From NCBI GenBank assembly GCA_050575255.1, contig JBNZDD010013683.1:124001-188000 (forward strand): a stretch of 64,000 nt of DNA. Reading direction: 5' to 3'. The position numbers and the translations under genes were made by a program. This DNA comes from Harriotta raleighana (lineage: Eukaryota). The notes under the pieces were generated by a model, which saw only the letters and a list, made by a program, of their open reading frames with translations, did not search any database and was not told where the DNA came from. How positions within the stretch are numbered: position 1 is the stretch's first letter; each line of letters starts with the position of its first letter. Shown piece by piece: positions 1 to 12,720 of the stretch.

Positions 1-80
1 ACAGAACAACTAAAATATAAATGCTTGAGTTATTTTTCAAATTCTGTAATCATTGCTTTTTTCTTCATTTCTAATTGCAG

Positions 81-234
81 GTGTTTAACATGAACGCACC
101 AGTTCCTCCGGCCAGTGATCCCGAAGCTCTCAAGCAGCAAAGTCCATATCAGGCCAGCTACACCCAAGGTTTCAGCAGCCAGCCTCAGCACCAAGTGGAA
201 CAATCTGAACTACAGCAAGAGTCTCTCACAACTG
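81..234 (+). CDS. CAPRIN1: CAPRIN1 coding exon
   Basis: ttgcag|GTG...ACTG|gtaagc; VFNMNAPVPPASDPEALKQQSPYQASYTQGFSSQPQHQVEQSELQQESLTT. Confidence 0.95.
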
Positions 235-3200
235 GTAAGCGGTTCATGTAAATACTTAAACATTTCAGATGAATCTTAACATATACAGCACAACCAACTG
301 TCTACTTACTCATTGGCAATCAATGCAGTGAATTCTGTGAAGCACTTGAGACATTTTCACAATTGCACTATATTAAATGCAAGGATATCATTCACGTTGC
401 TTACATTCTTGCGAGTTTGCATTTTAATTGGAACTTTGGCTTCTTTGTGCTTATTTGCAAAAGTATAATTTTGTTCCAATTAATAAGCTTTGTGTTTCGG
501 TAATGCAAAATCTAGGAGGATGATTATTAATATCAGTTGCCGAGCATTCTACTAAGAAGGTGAAGGGTGTAAGCGGGCATACTTTACATGATACCAATGC
601 TCGCTTTGTTTACATTTGTCCAGTAGTGAGTCCTTACCATACATCTCAAGACCAAACGCATCCTGCGGCAGGTGCTCACCAGCAGTTATCCCAGCAAATC
701 CAGCAGAATGCTGGTTTCCAACGCACAGGCCAGGCCTTCTACAACAGCAGGGGGGTGTCTCGTGGTGGGCCACGCAACTCACGTGGAGCTATAAATGGCT
801 ATCGGGGACCTACCAATGGATTCAGAGGTAGGAGACAGTTTCTCCTTTTCCTCCCTCAAGAGAAAATGTTGGATACTTATAACTGGCTGTAAATATTGAA
901 ACTTGTACAGCTTTTCTCTTGAGTGTAAGGAAATGGTGGTTTTATTAATTGAATACTCTGATCTAGAAGAAGAGGATTTAATGAGTGTTAACTGGAGTCT
1001 TGATGAGGTTTTCCCCCAACAGCTTCATTGATTATAGCATTGCTTGATGTAATTCTAAGCAAAAATAAGAAGGCTTGCAGGTTGTAGCGGATACCCTTCG
1101 ATTGAGGAACTCATCGGGGGCATCACCTAAAAGATTGGCCTCAGTACCCTGTTCCTAGGGAGCATAAACGTAAGCCTGAATTTCTTTCTCTTATTATTTG
1201 GGAACTATAAAACGACTGGAGTTTGAAGAGTGAACGGATTTAGTTGAGATACTCTCTAAGGTTAAATAGCTGGTCACTGTCTTTGCTTACGCATGTATGA
1301 TATTGTAGAGCTGTGAGGGACCATCACACAGCAGCTTCCTTCATTCCTCTACCCTCAGATTCGAGCTGGAACTGGTGCCTTAAGAAAAGAAGGTTGACTA
1401 CAAAAGGAAATTTTGGGTCGCTTTAATTACTGATTAAAAATGAATCCGGTCATTTGCAACTAAACAGTATCTGCTTTGGTTTAATATACTTACTACAGGT
1501 TTTACATTTCAAGTCTCTGGTAATTGCTCCTTATACCTCTTGAGTGTTGTAATTAAAGATATGAATCTGGCTTCTCATCTTAAAAATTATCAAACAACAA
1601 AATTCACGTCAGAACTCGCAACTTTTCTAACTTCTATATGTTTTCCAGGTGGATATGACAGCTACCGCCCTCCATTTTCAAACACTCCAAACAGTGGCTA
1701 TGGACAGTCTCCGTTTTCTTCGGCTCGTGACTACTCCAACTCTAGCTACCAACGTGTAAGTAGACTTCAGCTCACCTTGTCCATGCACATTCCTGAGCAG
1801 GAAGCCGTGGTTAGAAAATTCAGTATTTGGATGCTAGGTTATAAAGACGAAAGGAGAGAACATATTTATTTCCTGACAATCATTACATTCAGTAATCCAT
1901 CAACCTTTCCTACATTGAAGACTCTTGTGGGAGTTATAGATGTACATGATATTTATAATCTCTCATCACAAATCACTTTCAATGCAGGCAGGATGTGCAG
2001 CAAAAAAATTAAAATTTAGCCTACAAAGGATAAGCATTTGATTCTTAATTTTACTAAAGGCACTGAATGTTCTATGTTATCTTCCATTAATAATTAATAA
2101 GAGATTAGTTCAATGCATGATACAGGGATACAGGGATGAAAAAGAACGTCCCAATATCCGATCTTATCATGCCATGAACAGAACAGGATATTTTACTTCT
2201 CTGGGTCTACCTGTCTTGGAAATATTCAAATAAGACTGTTTTTTGAATCCACAACTGAAAATCTACATGGAAGGTGATGTAACATCAAGAATCTTTCAAA
2301 CTCCTCAATGAAATGGGAAGATCCAGATCCTTGAAGGGAATGTGCCCAGTAAACATCCAGAGGAATAAATAGTCTTCAAAGCAAATTCTAGTTTTCATGT
2401 ATTGCCTTGTTAGCACTAACCCTGCAATATGTGTTCTATAAATTTGGTTGAAGAATCAACAGAATGTTTCTACTTTTGGTAATACAGTAAAACCTCATTT
2501 ATCCGGCACCCACGACCTGGCCAGTGGTGGTTAGACGTTTTTTCCAGTTGAACAGATTTTTTTAATTAAACATCATTTTTTCAGAAAAATTAACAATTAT
2601 TTTAACACATACCATATTAATAATGGACTAAATTAAAGCAGAATATTCTATTAGTACATGATTATTTATACTTAAGTTTGCAATTGCAGCACTGATTCGA
2701 CGGGAGGTAAAAAACGCAACTTTAAAAAGCAACAAGTTTAGACCTAACGGCCAGCAAACACACACAGGCAGACACAGATCCTCAAAGATATTCTGTCATC
2801 GTCGTCTCTTCCCCCCCCCCCTCTCTCTCTCCCTTTCCCCATATCTCATTCCCCCCCACCCCCCCNTTCTCTCCATTCCACACCTCTCCCTCTCTCCGTT
2901 TCCTCCCCTCCCTGCCCCACTCTCTCTCTCTCTCTGGCCGCTAAATTTATTATTATATACAGTACTTACCTTCCCAATGACCAGGCACTCATCCATTCGA
3001 ACGAGGTAAAATAAAAACCGCAAGTTTTAAAAAGACCCGGAACAAGTTTAGAATCGACATTCAACGTGTCGCCAGATAACTTCCGGTTAGTCGGACCGGG
3101 ACTTATTTTTTTAGGTGCCGGTTGAACAGGTTTTCCGATTATTCGAGTCACGGATAAACAAGGTTTTACTGTAATACTGTTGTTTCACTGCCAACACAAG

Positions 3201-6200
3201 TACAATTTTGGAGTTTAGTTAAGGTTGGTTTCCTTTAATTGCAGATCGAATTGTATATTGGTGTCTTGGTTGAATTTTGGACACAGTTTGCAAATGCATG
3301 GAATCTGGCAGATTCTTTTGTTGGTTCATTTATTGATATAAAGATGTTTTTTTTTAAACGAGATGTTGTTTCTATAGGACGGATACCAACCAAACTTCAA
3401 ACGTGGCTCTGGACCTGGCGGACCTCGGGGCACCCCTCGAGGTAATGCTCAAGTGATGCGTTCGTAATGAAGGACTGGAGAAACTGAAATATTGGGCAGT
3501 GCTTAACTTTGTTTCACAGCCACAACGCTGCTCCATTCTAGAGGGAGTTGACGAAGTAAACTTTTACTCTTAAAAGTAGGCCACCACGTAAACTCGATTC
3601 AAATGTCCCACCCAGAACATTTTTGTTGAAGCTTTATTCTTTGTTTTTACTCTGTCAGCTTCGAACAAAAAAATAACCCTGCTTTATAATAACCACATTC
3701 AATTCTTAACCTGAGCAGAAACTGTTTCTGGTAGTTCTTGCATCAGCATAGAGAGAAAAAGAGAGGGAGAGATGATGCCTGTGTTAAGAGAGCAAATGGT
3801 ATGTCAGTTTTGTTCCTGAAAACTTGAAAATTCCTTAATTTATTTTTTTGTAAAAAAAAGAATATTTCTTACCATCTTTATGCTGCCACTTCTTGTCCCT
3901 TTCTGGGAGTATTTTGATAAATTTCATTTGCGGTTGTTTGATTCACTGGTTTTTAAAATGAGGCTGTATTTCTTTTTCTTCTCTGCCTTTTAGAGCTCCC
4001 GAGAAGTCTGAGTTTGTAAATTGATGTTGCTGCATCAGAGAAAGTTTCAATAAAGATGTGTTGCACACTTGCAGCTTGTCGCTGATTTCTTTTTGTCTGT
4101 TTGTTCTTGTGGAGTCTGTCTTCCTCTTCTTGTCTGTCTCCCGTTTGCTCACTCTGGCTTGGTGGGGAAATTGGCTGCATTTCCAGCAATGAGCAGTGTT
4201 TTTTTTTTAAGTGAGAATGCAGTAGCCTCAAGGTTACAGAGCGGGCTCGGCTCTTCACTGTATACCAGCAACAGCCACCAACTTGTGCAGAATTGTAATT
4301 TTACACGATTGGAAGGTTGTGTAGGATTTTTCATTTGAGGTGTGAGCATTATTTTATTTCTGTATTATGGAAGGGAAAGGTTAGATGATTGGAAACCAGT
4401 TTATTATAAATAGAGTCCAGTTTAATAATGCATTGGATATGTTATCGCATTGATTTGTGGATATGCTGGATGGAGATGGAATTATTTTCTTCTCTATCCC
4501 TCCCTAATTATCAGTAGTGACGTACACAAATCTGGGTCCAAAGCAACAGATTTATGGATTGCAGCCTGTTAGTAGGATATTGCGTTTTAAACTAAACAGA
4601 GTAGCTAGTTTCCTATTAATCCGCAGTCGATCGCCAGCAATTGATGTTAAATGCTGTGTTTATAACCAGACTTCATGGTTACCACAAACCTGTACCAAAT
4701 TGAAAATTGGGGGAGGCGGGGTGCTGGTCGTCTGGTACATTTAAGGACAATAATTATGTAAGGTAAATGCTGAATCTTTTGTAAAATAACTATTGCCAAA
4801 TCACTTTGGTCAACTGTGGCTCAATACTTAATTTTCATGATAACTCAGCAATGATGGGGTTCATCCCAACCCAAACCTTGAAATAGTGGCAGTTATGGAG
4901 TTTTCATTAATTGTTAATACCTGGGAAGCAAGAGAAATTTACAGATGTCATAAAAATTTCTGAATAATACTGTTAATTAACTAACCATCTACTGTAATTG
5001 AAAGTAGGTGTCAACTCCACTTCTAAAGGAATCCCAAGATCCCTTCACCCAAAATGTAATCTATATAAGGGTGATTTTGAAGGTGCAATATTATGATATT
5101 GTACAGTGATCGGTCAATAATTACCATATACAGTATTCTGAGAAATTGAGAATATTCTCACATCCCTCTATCACGGATATTTAGCATAAGGTGCAGTAAA
5201 AGTGGAGTGAGCAAAAAATTTCTCAACTTTACGTTGATCGCAAATTTTTTTGAGTGTGGTTCCTTGAACAGTAAAAGGGAGGGGAAAAAATTGGGTAGGG
5301 AATTACATCGTTTTTTTGCTAAATTAAATTTACAAAATAAATAGTTTTTCTGGATGTATTATGATTGGTGAAAATTGCTGTTAGCATATTGGCCCCAACC
5401 ATAAATGCCCTCTCCCAACCTGTACCTGCGAGTGGTGTTGTAAAGATAAAAACTGTTGGTAGAAATTAATCTTCTGAGTTTCCTTAATAGAACTGTACAA
5501 AGTTTTGACAAAACTTGATGCATGTCTATTGCAGTCATTTGAGCCCATGATTTTGTTTTCTCCTACCATTTAAATCCTGTTTTGGTTAGAGTAGGTTTTC
5601 TAGGTGTGAGTACAAGTGGTATGGTTATCAAGTTGTAACAAGTTGCAGCAAAAACATTGCAGGATATAATTTTAAATGTACAGGTCTGCTGAGCAAGTTA
5701 AAAGTTATTGTTGTCTTCACCACTTGTAAAGGTCTGAAAATTATACGATTGTTATACTGAAGGTCTGAAGTAGGGAGTGTTGATCTTTCAAACACAGATG
5801 AGATAGTTTTCTTTTAGGAAATAACTTATGGGATATAGCACATAGGTAGTTTGGAATATATGTGCATGCGACTGCCAGGAAGGTGGAAGGCAAACAAGAT
5901 GGACCATGTTATTTTTTGTCTCGCATTTCTTATGTTCCTCTGAGTTAGTAGCTAATGGTTGGGGAGTTTGAAAATACAGGTTAATTTTGTTGTTGGGGTT
6001 CTCCCAATCTTCACAGAACAGGAAATGCAGCTAATTTTTCCCAGTCTGACTGACTTGCATATTTGTGTGCTAACACTTGGGTTTTGCTGTGGCTTCCTTT
6101 GTCCTTATGGGATACACAACTGTATATTCTGGATCTGCCCTATTGCACGCTCTTAGTTTTTTTTTCTCAGGCAGCATAGCTCGACAAGACGTATCCATCT

Positions 6201-9200
6201 GTGCTCACTGATTGCTCCCTGAGAAAAGCAGGATTCTTAACTTCAAATTCAAGATAATTTTCCATTTGCTAATTATTAGCAAATTGTCCCATGTCCTCAT
6301 CTATCCTCTTCTCTCTCTTCCCCTCCCTCCCCCTAGTCCGTTATTGTGAAGAACATCTTTGTGATTAAATAGTTGGCTTAGTTGGGTAGGATATCCTAAG
6401 ATGTTAGCATAAACTACTCTTAATGGAGATAATTTGGATGCAGAATCGGTTTTCAGTTCTGAATTTGGATTAAACATGACCCTGCTTTTGAGAAGTGGGA
6501 CCGATTCTGAATGTTCCAGATTTCTCAGAATTTAATGTTGTGTTTGTGCACTTCCAATTGCAGTATTGGGCAACTTTACAAAGAGGAAATAATATCTCTC
6601 AGAGTGTTTTCAGATTCAAGTGTTTAATACAGTTCTGAAATACATGTCTATGAAGCAAACCGTTAATTAAACTATTGCTGATTTTACAGAATCTGAGAAA
6701 ATCTGGAAGATAAATATAATTCTCAAACAATTGATGTATTTCATAATCTGATAATCTCATGAATGGACAATTGGTGACCTTTGTGCTTTATTCGCCATTC
6801 ATATATGGTTGAGAGAATTGAGCCTTTACAAACTGACCTGGTTAGGAGGGGGATGTCTGTTTTGTACTTTGTCAGTTAACTTAAACCCAATGTGTGGGGG
6901 TGCTAATGGAAGTCTCTGTAAATCACTGCAGCATTGATTCATTTCAAGGATAAACTATCATTAGCTAGCTCCTGATGCAATGAGAGATCGAACCCTGTAC
7001 AACAACTAAATTGATGTCTCTGCTTTTACATGGTAAATTCACTGCCAAATGTGGTGCAGTATCCTGAGGCTTTTAAAACTATTAACCATGGCTCACTGTT
7101 TGGTTGGCACAAGGACATTAGCAAATGGCTCTTAATATTAATTATATGGATCTTTTGGACTAAACGCTTATGTCGCTGCAAGGAAAAGGACTTTTCTCTG
7201 TTTGTGTATGGATTCAGTTTAGTTTTGTCTTCATCCTTTTGTGTAACTCGGTGCTCTAACTAACTTACTCAACTTTAAATATGTGCTTATCCACATTTTT
7301 GCTTACTTTGTGGATCATAACATAATCTGGGGAGTGGCCAGTACTGTTTCTTGGCATAAATATCTGCTCTGTTTAAATAAAAGCTGCACCATCATTGAAC
7401 TTGCATTAGGAGTTTAAAGCAACATTGTACAAAAGTAGACTTAGCCTTTAAAATGTGTGCAGGAAGGTGGAAGTGAAAGTACTGTCTATAACTTGACCTG
7501 GAGATGTTTTTTGCTATGAAAAACAACCCTAATGTTCCTTAAAGATTCTGTTCATTGTGATGCTGATGTCTATAGTACATTGTTAGTGAAGTCTTTAAAT
7601 GGAATGAGTCTGTTTTATATAACTGTTTTCTAAAGTGCGGTTGTTGAATTGGTTAAGCAATGTGTACACAATGACCCATTAGGTCATGGATGAGTTGTGT
7701 TTTTTTTCAATGCTGTTTTTCTGGAATCACTGGGAGTTCAGTAGCTCACTGGTTAGAGCATTTGCTCACAAGTGAGAGGACCTGGGTTTGATTCTTTGGC
7801 AGGGTGAAACGTAGGGCAAGTTTTCTTGCTCTGCATGCCTCTGTTGATCTAGCAGAAGTAGGAAACCAGTTGTTGGTCGATTGGTGGATTGCTTTTCGGG
7901 GACTATTAATCCCATCAAAAATAAATAATAATAGTGAGATTTGATCACTCAATTCATGACCGTTTGTGTGACACTGCTGTGTGTAAATTGGCTGCTGAGT
8001 TTCACAAGAAACTATAGTCAATTCTCTTTACAGTACATTCTATGAAGCACTTTGAAATGTCTCAGGGATGATAAGGTGCTATAACAAATGCAGGGATTAT
8101 TATTAATTGATTGGATTGATTTTAATAATCCTGGAAGCGTAGTTTTGGAATCTCCTGAACTCAGTTGAATATAAATTTTTAATGTTTCCACGTTAATGAT
8201 ATATCTTCCGTATTGTCGCACTACAAAAATAATTTAATTAATTCTCCCCTACTCTGTCTTCTTTGGAGCGAATTGTAATGTAGAGTTGGAACGTTATATT
8301 CCTGGCCGCTTTCAGTTGTGCATAGATGGAAGGAAGTATTGCAGGTAGCGAAAAAGGAGCTATATTTCTTTTAAACAAAGGAATGGTGTATACTTGCCAG
8401 GAAAGAACTACTCTGAAAAGAAAGGCTGGTTCTGTACATTAATGTCACAGACACAAAGTGATTTGTGCAAAGCTTTTGCAGCATTTTCAAAGTTGGAAAT
8501 TTTGAACTTTCAGTTGACATCTTGGAAAGCTTGGAAATTACACTTCGATATTGTAATGCAGTTTAGCCACAATGAAAACATGAGCAACATGTGTGACTTA
8601 TTCACTCTTGAGGTTTGCAGCTTTGCACTTTCCTGCGCTGCAGATTTCCTGCTTTGTTTTGGGCTGGTTAGGAAGCTGACACAACCGTAAACCCTTTGCT
8701 TGAAAATCCATCCAGTTTTGGTTTCTGAGAGCACGTTGAGAAGATGTTACCACTGAAGTTTTAGGATCTCTTCCTTGTTTTTGTGGTCCACTGCAGTAAG
8801 GATATGAGGCGGAATGGGTAACGGGAGTTAAGATACAGATCAGCTATGATCTATTACAATGGCGGAACAGACATGGAAGGGCTGAATGACCTTCTGCTAT
8901 TCTTATATTCTTAACTTGTTTGGGGAGATCAGTTAATCCTATTCCAGTCTTTTACCACCAACCTGTACCAGTGCAAAATAAACCCAATCTTATGTGAATT
9001 GGAGTTGATTTCATCAATCTCATAGTACCACTGTAGCCACAGCAGGGCTGTTGATCCTTTCACCAATTATGGTTACACTGGCCAGGATCTGCAGAAAGAG
9101 CTATCCCAAAAGTTCCAACTTTGAAAATACTGCAAAAGCTGTGTTCATGCACAATGGTGTATTCAGGAACCTACCTGATGTAACTTATTTGACAGCCTAA

Positions 9201-12200
9201 AATCTGCTTGGTGTCCTATCCTGATAGGAATCTTCTGCTTCCCTGTACCAACCAACCAACCCCTGAACCGATTAGTTGTGAGCTTTCGNTGCACTCGCTG
9301 TTTACGCTATCCTGATAGGAATCTTCTGCTTCCCTGTACCAACCAACCAACCCCTGAACCGATTAGTTGTGAGCTTTCGTCAGCCATCCATTTGGAGTAA
9401 ATAACTCAGCTATTTCCAGTTGATTAGTAGCTGAATTGCCCACAACAGAAGTTTCTGTTACTGCAAAATAATTGTTTTACATGGTGGTTTGGAGTCCTGA
9501 TTTTCAGTAATGTTGAGAATTTAAGCAGTGGCTGCTTAGTGTATGATATTTATTTTATGGCCTTTTTTAAATAACATGAAAATTCTCACTATAATTAGCC
9601 CTCAAAAGTTGAGAAACTCATTTTCTTAAATTCTTAGGAAACATCAAAAATGTCAAATGCATTGGTAATTTGAGGGACATTTATTTACAATTGGGGAAAG
9701 TCTGAAGGGACTTGTTACTCCACTTGTTTTATGCTTGCTAGCAGAGACACCATCTGTGTGTTATCTATGGTGAACAAATAAATCAATGAAATATAAAAAT
9801 ATACTTAATTTATTTGGCTGCAGGACTGGTCAAATTGAATCAAACCGGCATACTGCCAATTCAGCACAATTTAACAGCCCAAGCAAGCTCAAAGTGTGGA
9901 TCTTTATAGCCTAATTAGAATGGAATAGTCTTGTTTTGCATCATTACCCTGGCAACAGAATACTTTTACAAGTATTACTTTACTACCCAAATTTCTAGAT
10001 TTCTGTTAAATACTTTTCCTGAAATGATAAAGAAGAGTTACCCCAGTGTTTTAAAGTAATGTTTAATGAAAAGTAAATGCACTCCTATAGGGCACATTAA
10101 AAGTAATGTATGGCTTTATTTTTGTACAAAAACTACTTGGCAATCCATCCCTCAGAAGAAGGTTTGCCAGTGAAAGCCCTTTACATAGGCCTGTGGGAAA
10201 TCTGTGACATGCTTGTTTGCACCACTCCCCAGTGCAATTTTTTCCAACTGCTCCCAGCAACCAGCAAGTCAAATTTGTGAGGTGTCAGCATTGCAATTAT
10301 CTCCACTTTCTCACAAACGTTACATATGCTCGTATGCGCCACTCTGCCCAGAAATTTAACTGGGACTGGAATAAATTATTGAATGTACCCTTTTATGGCA
10401 GTGGCATGCACAGAGAGCCCATCAGAGAGAGAGGTCTGTTGTAACAATCACTTTGTGTATTTGTGGTCTGCCTCTGTTTGGCTTCCTTCAGTCATTTGGG
10501 CAGTTTCTTGCCATTCATTATGTAAGTGAGCAAAACAAATAAGCTGCAAGAGTAAGGATATTACTGACTGCAGGCTGTTTGGTCCTCTCTTGTACTGGAC
10601 TCATTTCACACTTGTCTCCAGCTCATATGAATTGATGTTTTCAGGCTAGTAGCCAGATAGCTCACTTTGCTTGGTGTTAATAAGTTGAATTTCTGCCCCA
10701 TCTAATGAAGATGGAACCAGAATCATGTTATAGATGCAGTATTGTTTCCAGATAGCAGCTGTGACACCCACGGCACTCAGCTTGGTTGAATAGTTTAAGT
10801 TGCCACTTACCCTGTTTTGTAACTTGGAAAACTGCCATGAAATTGAACAAATTGACTTCATTTAACAATAATGGGTTTTGCATTTAATGGGAACACAGTA
10901 GATAATAGTATAATAATGACACATTCCATGATTCAATTTTTTTTGTTGGAAGTTTTTTTTGTACACCGGTTCCATAAAAGTAGCCAATTAGAAAAACGGT
11001 TTGCAGGTCTTTGACAATATACTGTATATATATATATATATAATTTTTCATATATATAATAACTTTTTATATATATAATTTTTTATATATATGTATACAG
11101 ACACGTGAAAAATCACATCTTTTCATAAAAATGACAAGAAGCGCTTGTGTTCTCATTGGAACCTTAAGGCAATCTAATTTCTGTTGAAACCTGCTCTATG
11201 ATGGGTTGCACTTTTGTTCCAAAGCCAGATCAAACCACTGCTGCTCATTCGATTTTGTTTCTCAACCAACCTCTTTTATTATTGTTCTATCCACAAGTAG
11301 CGCCATTGCTGTCTGGAATGGTGATTGCATGTGAATGGCTTAATCTGTTTTTGGCGAGTTGAAGGTTGGCCAGTTTAAATTGATCTCAGCTGAAGATTTC
11401 AGTACGAGTGCACTATGTCACGATCCTCATCCAACTCCAGATTGTCATTAAATCTATACTATAATCCAGAATGCTGCACCATTCTCAAGACTTTTTTCCC
11501 CACCTCCCACTCCCCAATTTTAGTACTTGAGTCTTGCACTGGTAATTTATGTTGAGTTAAGAGCTAGATCTGTGTTTGATACAATTAGAAATTTTTTTTC
11601 CAAGTACATCCCAATTGGAGACTAATGCAGAGTACAACTTATTCTGTCAAATCCAAGTGTTTATTATTTCACCATAACTCATTTAAAAATGATGAGTTCT
11701 GATGACATCAATAGGGGAATCGAGGTGGGAGCAGTTCCTTGGAAATGGAGTAAATTAAGATGCAGTGTTGAAAGACCCAAGTTCACTGAAATTCTGGGTT
11801 AATGACATCAATTTAACACCAATACACAGTCCTTGCCTGATGTCTGCAACGCTTTCCAGCAGCATCCACAAAATGGATGTTCAGGAGCGACAACCCAGTT
11901 TGATTTTTAACTCACAGATGCTGAGATTGTTAATATAATCCATGGACAGAATCTGTTGGCATTTTTCTAATCTGTATGCACCACGTGTTCCATTTACACT
12001 TTTAAGGCACTGAATGTGGTTGAACAAGCTGCTTTTAACACTTGCAATGTTACATTTCTGTCCTTGTGAAGATCTTAATACCAAAGTATATTGAATGTCT
12101 TCTGTGATTTCATTTGGTAACTTAGCCCTGATTCATGCACCGTACTCTAGATCTTTACTTTTGCTAAATATTGCCCGATTTCCTTTTTGTATCAATCCAT

Positions 12201-12463
12201 TTAGTTGCTCACCTACTTAGGCAGGTTGGGCGCATAGCAATTCTTTTTCTTTCAATGAAGATACAAAATCCTGCCCTCATTGTATTCTGGGTGAGTGGTG
12301 TCTCGTCCTGTGAGGCTTTTGTGTTCTGTTCAGCTGGAAGGGGAAGGTAAATTAACTTAAATTTTGTTTCTGTTGTTTTGCAGGCCGGGGACTGATGAGA
12401 CCCAGAGGTATGAATAAAAAGATTGTAGCCATGCCTCAGATGACTGCACAGGAAGTGATTTAA
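81..12463 (+). CDS. CAPRIN1: Caprin-1, 3' part of gene (upstream exons lie outside window); exons 81-234, 624-827, 1649-1755, 3378-3441, 12384-12463
   Basis: Spliced exons with AG/GT boundaries and consistent phases translate to VFNMNAPVPP...YNSRGVSRGG...GGYDSYRP...DGYQPNFKRGSG...GRGLMRPRG...MPQMTAQEVI*. This matches the Caprin-1 C-terminal RGG/low-complexity region. Confidence 0.95.
624..827 (+). CDS. CAPRIN1: CAPRIN1 coding exon (RGG region)
   Basis: tccag|TAGTG...CAGAG|gtagga; VSPYHTSQDQ...YNSRGVSRGGPRNSRGAINGYRGPTNGFR. Confidence 0.95.
1649..1755 (+). CDS. CAPRIN1: CAPRIN1 coding exon
   Basis: ttccag|GT...CGT|gtaagt; GGYDSYRPPFSNTPNSGYGQSPFSSARDYSNSSYQR. Confidence 0.95.
2485..3171. mobile_element. 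Tc1/mariner (Tigger-like) non-autonomous DNA transposon (MITE)
   Basis: TA|CAGTAAAACCTCATTTATCCG ... CGGATAAACAAGGTTTTACTG|TA: terminal inverted repeats with TA target duplication. Confidence 0.85.
3378..3467 (+). CDS. CAPRIN1: CAPRIN1 exon; splices at 3441 or reads through to an alternative stop (GNAQVMRS*)
   Basis: ctatag|GACGGA; DGYQPNFKRGSGPGGPRGTPR; donor G|gtaatg at 3441/3442; in-frame TAA at 3465-3467. Confidence 0.9.
   Translation, partial: DGYQPNFKRGSGPGGPRGTPRGNAQVMRS
4049..4054 (+). terminator. Candidate poly(A) signal for the CAPRIN1 read-through isoform
   Basis: AATAAA about 580 nt after the read-through stop, followed by a U/GU-rich tract (ttttgtctgtttgttcttgt). Confidence 0.55.
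7732..8105 (+). mobile_element. Full-length tRNA-derived SINE (DeuSINE-like family)
   Basis: tRNA-like head with A box GTAGCTCACTGG and B box GGTTTGATTC; body ...AATTGGCTGC...; tail AAATGCAGGGATTATTATTA shared with many copies in the window. Confidence 0.85.
8806..8912 (+). mobile_element. CR1-type LINE/SINE 3' end remnant
   Basis: GATCAGCTATGATCT...AATGGCGGAACAGAC...AAGGGCTGAATGACCT...TTCTTATATTCTTA resembles CR1-type 3' tails; related remnant near 61.9 kb. Confidence 0.6.
11018..11098. repeat. (TA)n-rich microsatellite
   Basis: Interrupted TATATA runs. Confidence 0.8.
12384..12463 (+). CDS. CAPRIN1: CAPRIN1 distal last coding exon
   Basis: Polypyrimidine tract ttttgtttctgttgttttgcag|GC; phase 1 matches donor 3441; GRGLMRPRGMNKKIVAMPQMTAQEVI* resembles human GRGGPPRPNRGMPQMNTQQVN*. 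Confidence 0.85.
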
Positions 12464-12714
12464 ACTGAACCACCTTACCCACCCGCATTTCGAATGGAAG
12501 GGATTTTTATGCAACTGTGAAATATTTTAGACCGTAACCCTAAACAAACAACAATAAGAATTCTTGGATTCCTGTAGTCTCTGCAATCCAGCTGGTCCCA
12601 GGAAGTGAAACAGACCCTCCTTTGTTGCAGTGACTGCATATCGTGATCCTTTTTATATACATGAAAAAAATCCCCCTGAAATTAAAACACACACTGATGT
12701 AACAAGAAAATCGA

Positions 12715-12720
12715 AATAAA
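12715..12720 (+). terminator. Candidate poly(A) signal for the CAPRIN1 distal isoform
   Basis: AATAAA followed by U-rich sequence; further AATAAA at 12990 and 13067. Confidence 0.5.

Noticed and set aside
7732-7805. tRNA gene
   Set aside because: tRNA-like head continues into a SINE body and tail; the same applies to 26410-26478
9216-9379. 73-bp direct repeat with a spacer (CRISPR-like at a glance)
   Set aside because: Only two copies, joined at n 9289; contig-overlap artefact in a vertebrate genome
11689-11788. Box C (ATGATGA) ... box D (CTGA) pair in the CAPRIN1 last intron
   Set aside because: No convincing terminal stem or recognisable rRNA antisense element
12392-12416. Hammerhead-like CTGATGA-GACC-CAGA-GGT
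   Set aside because: Lacks the GAAA core and stems I/III; fully explained as CAPRIN1 coding sequence
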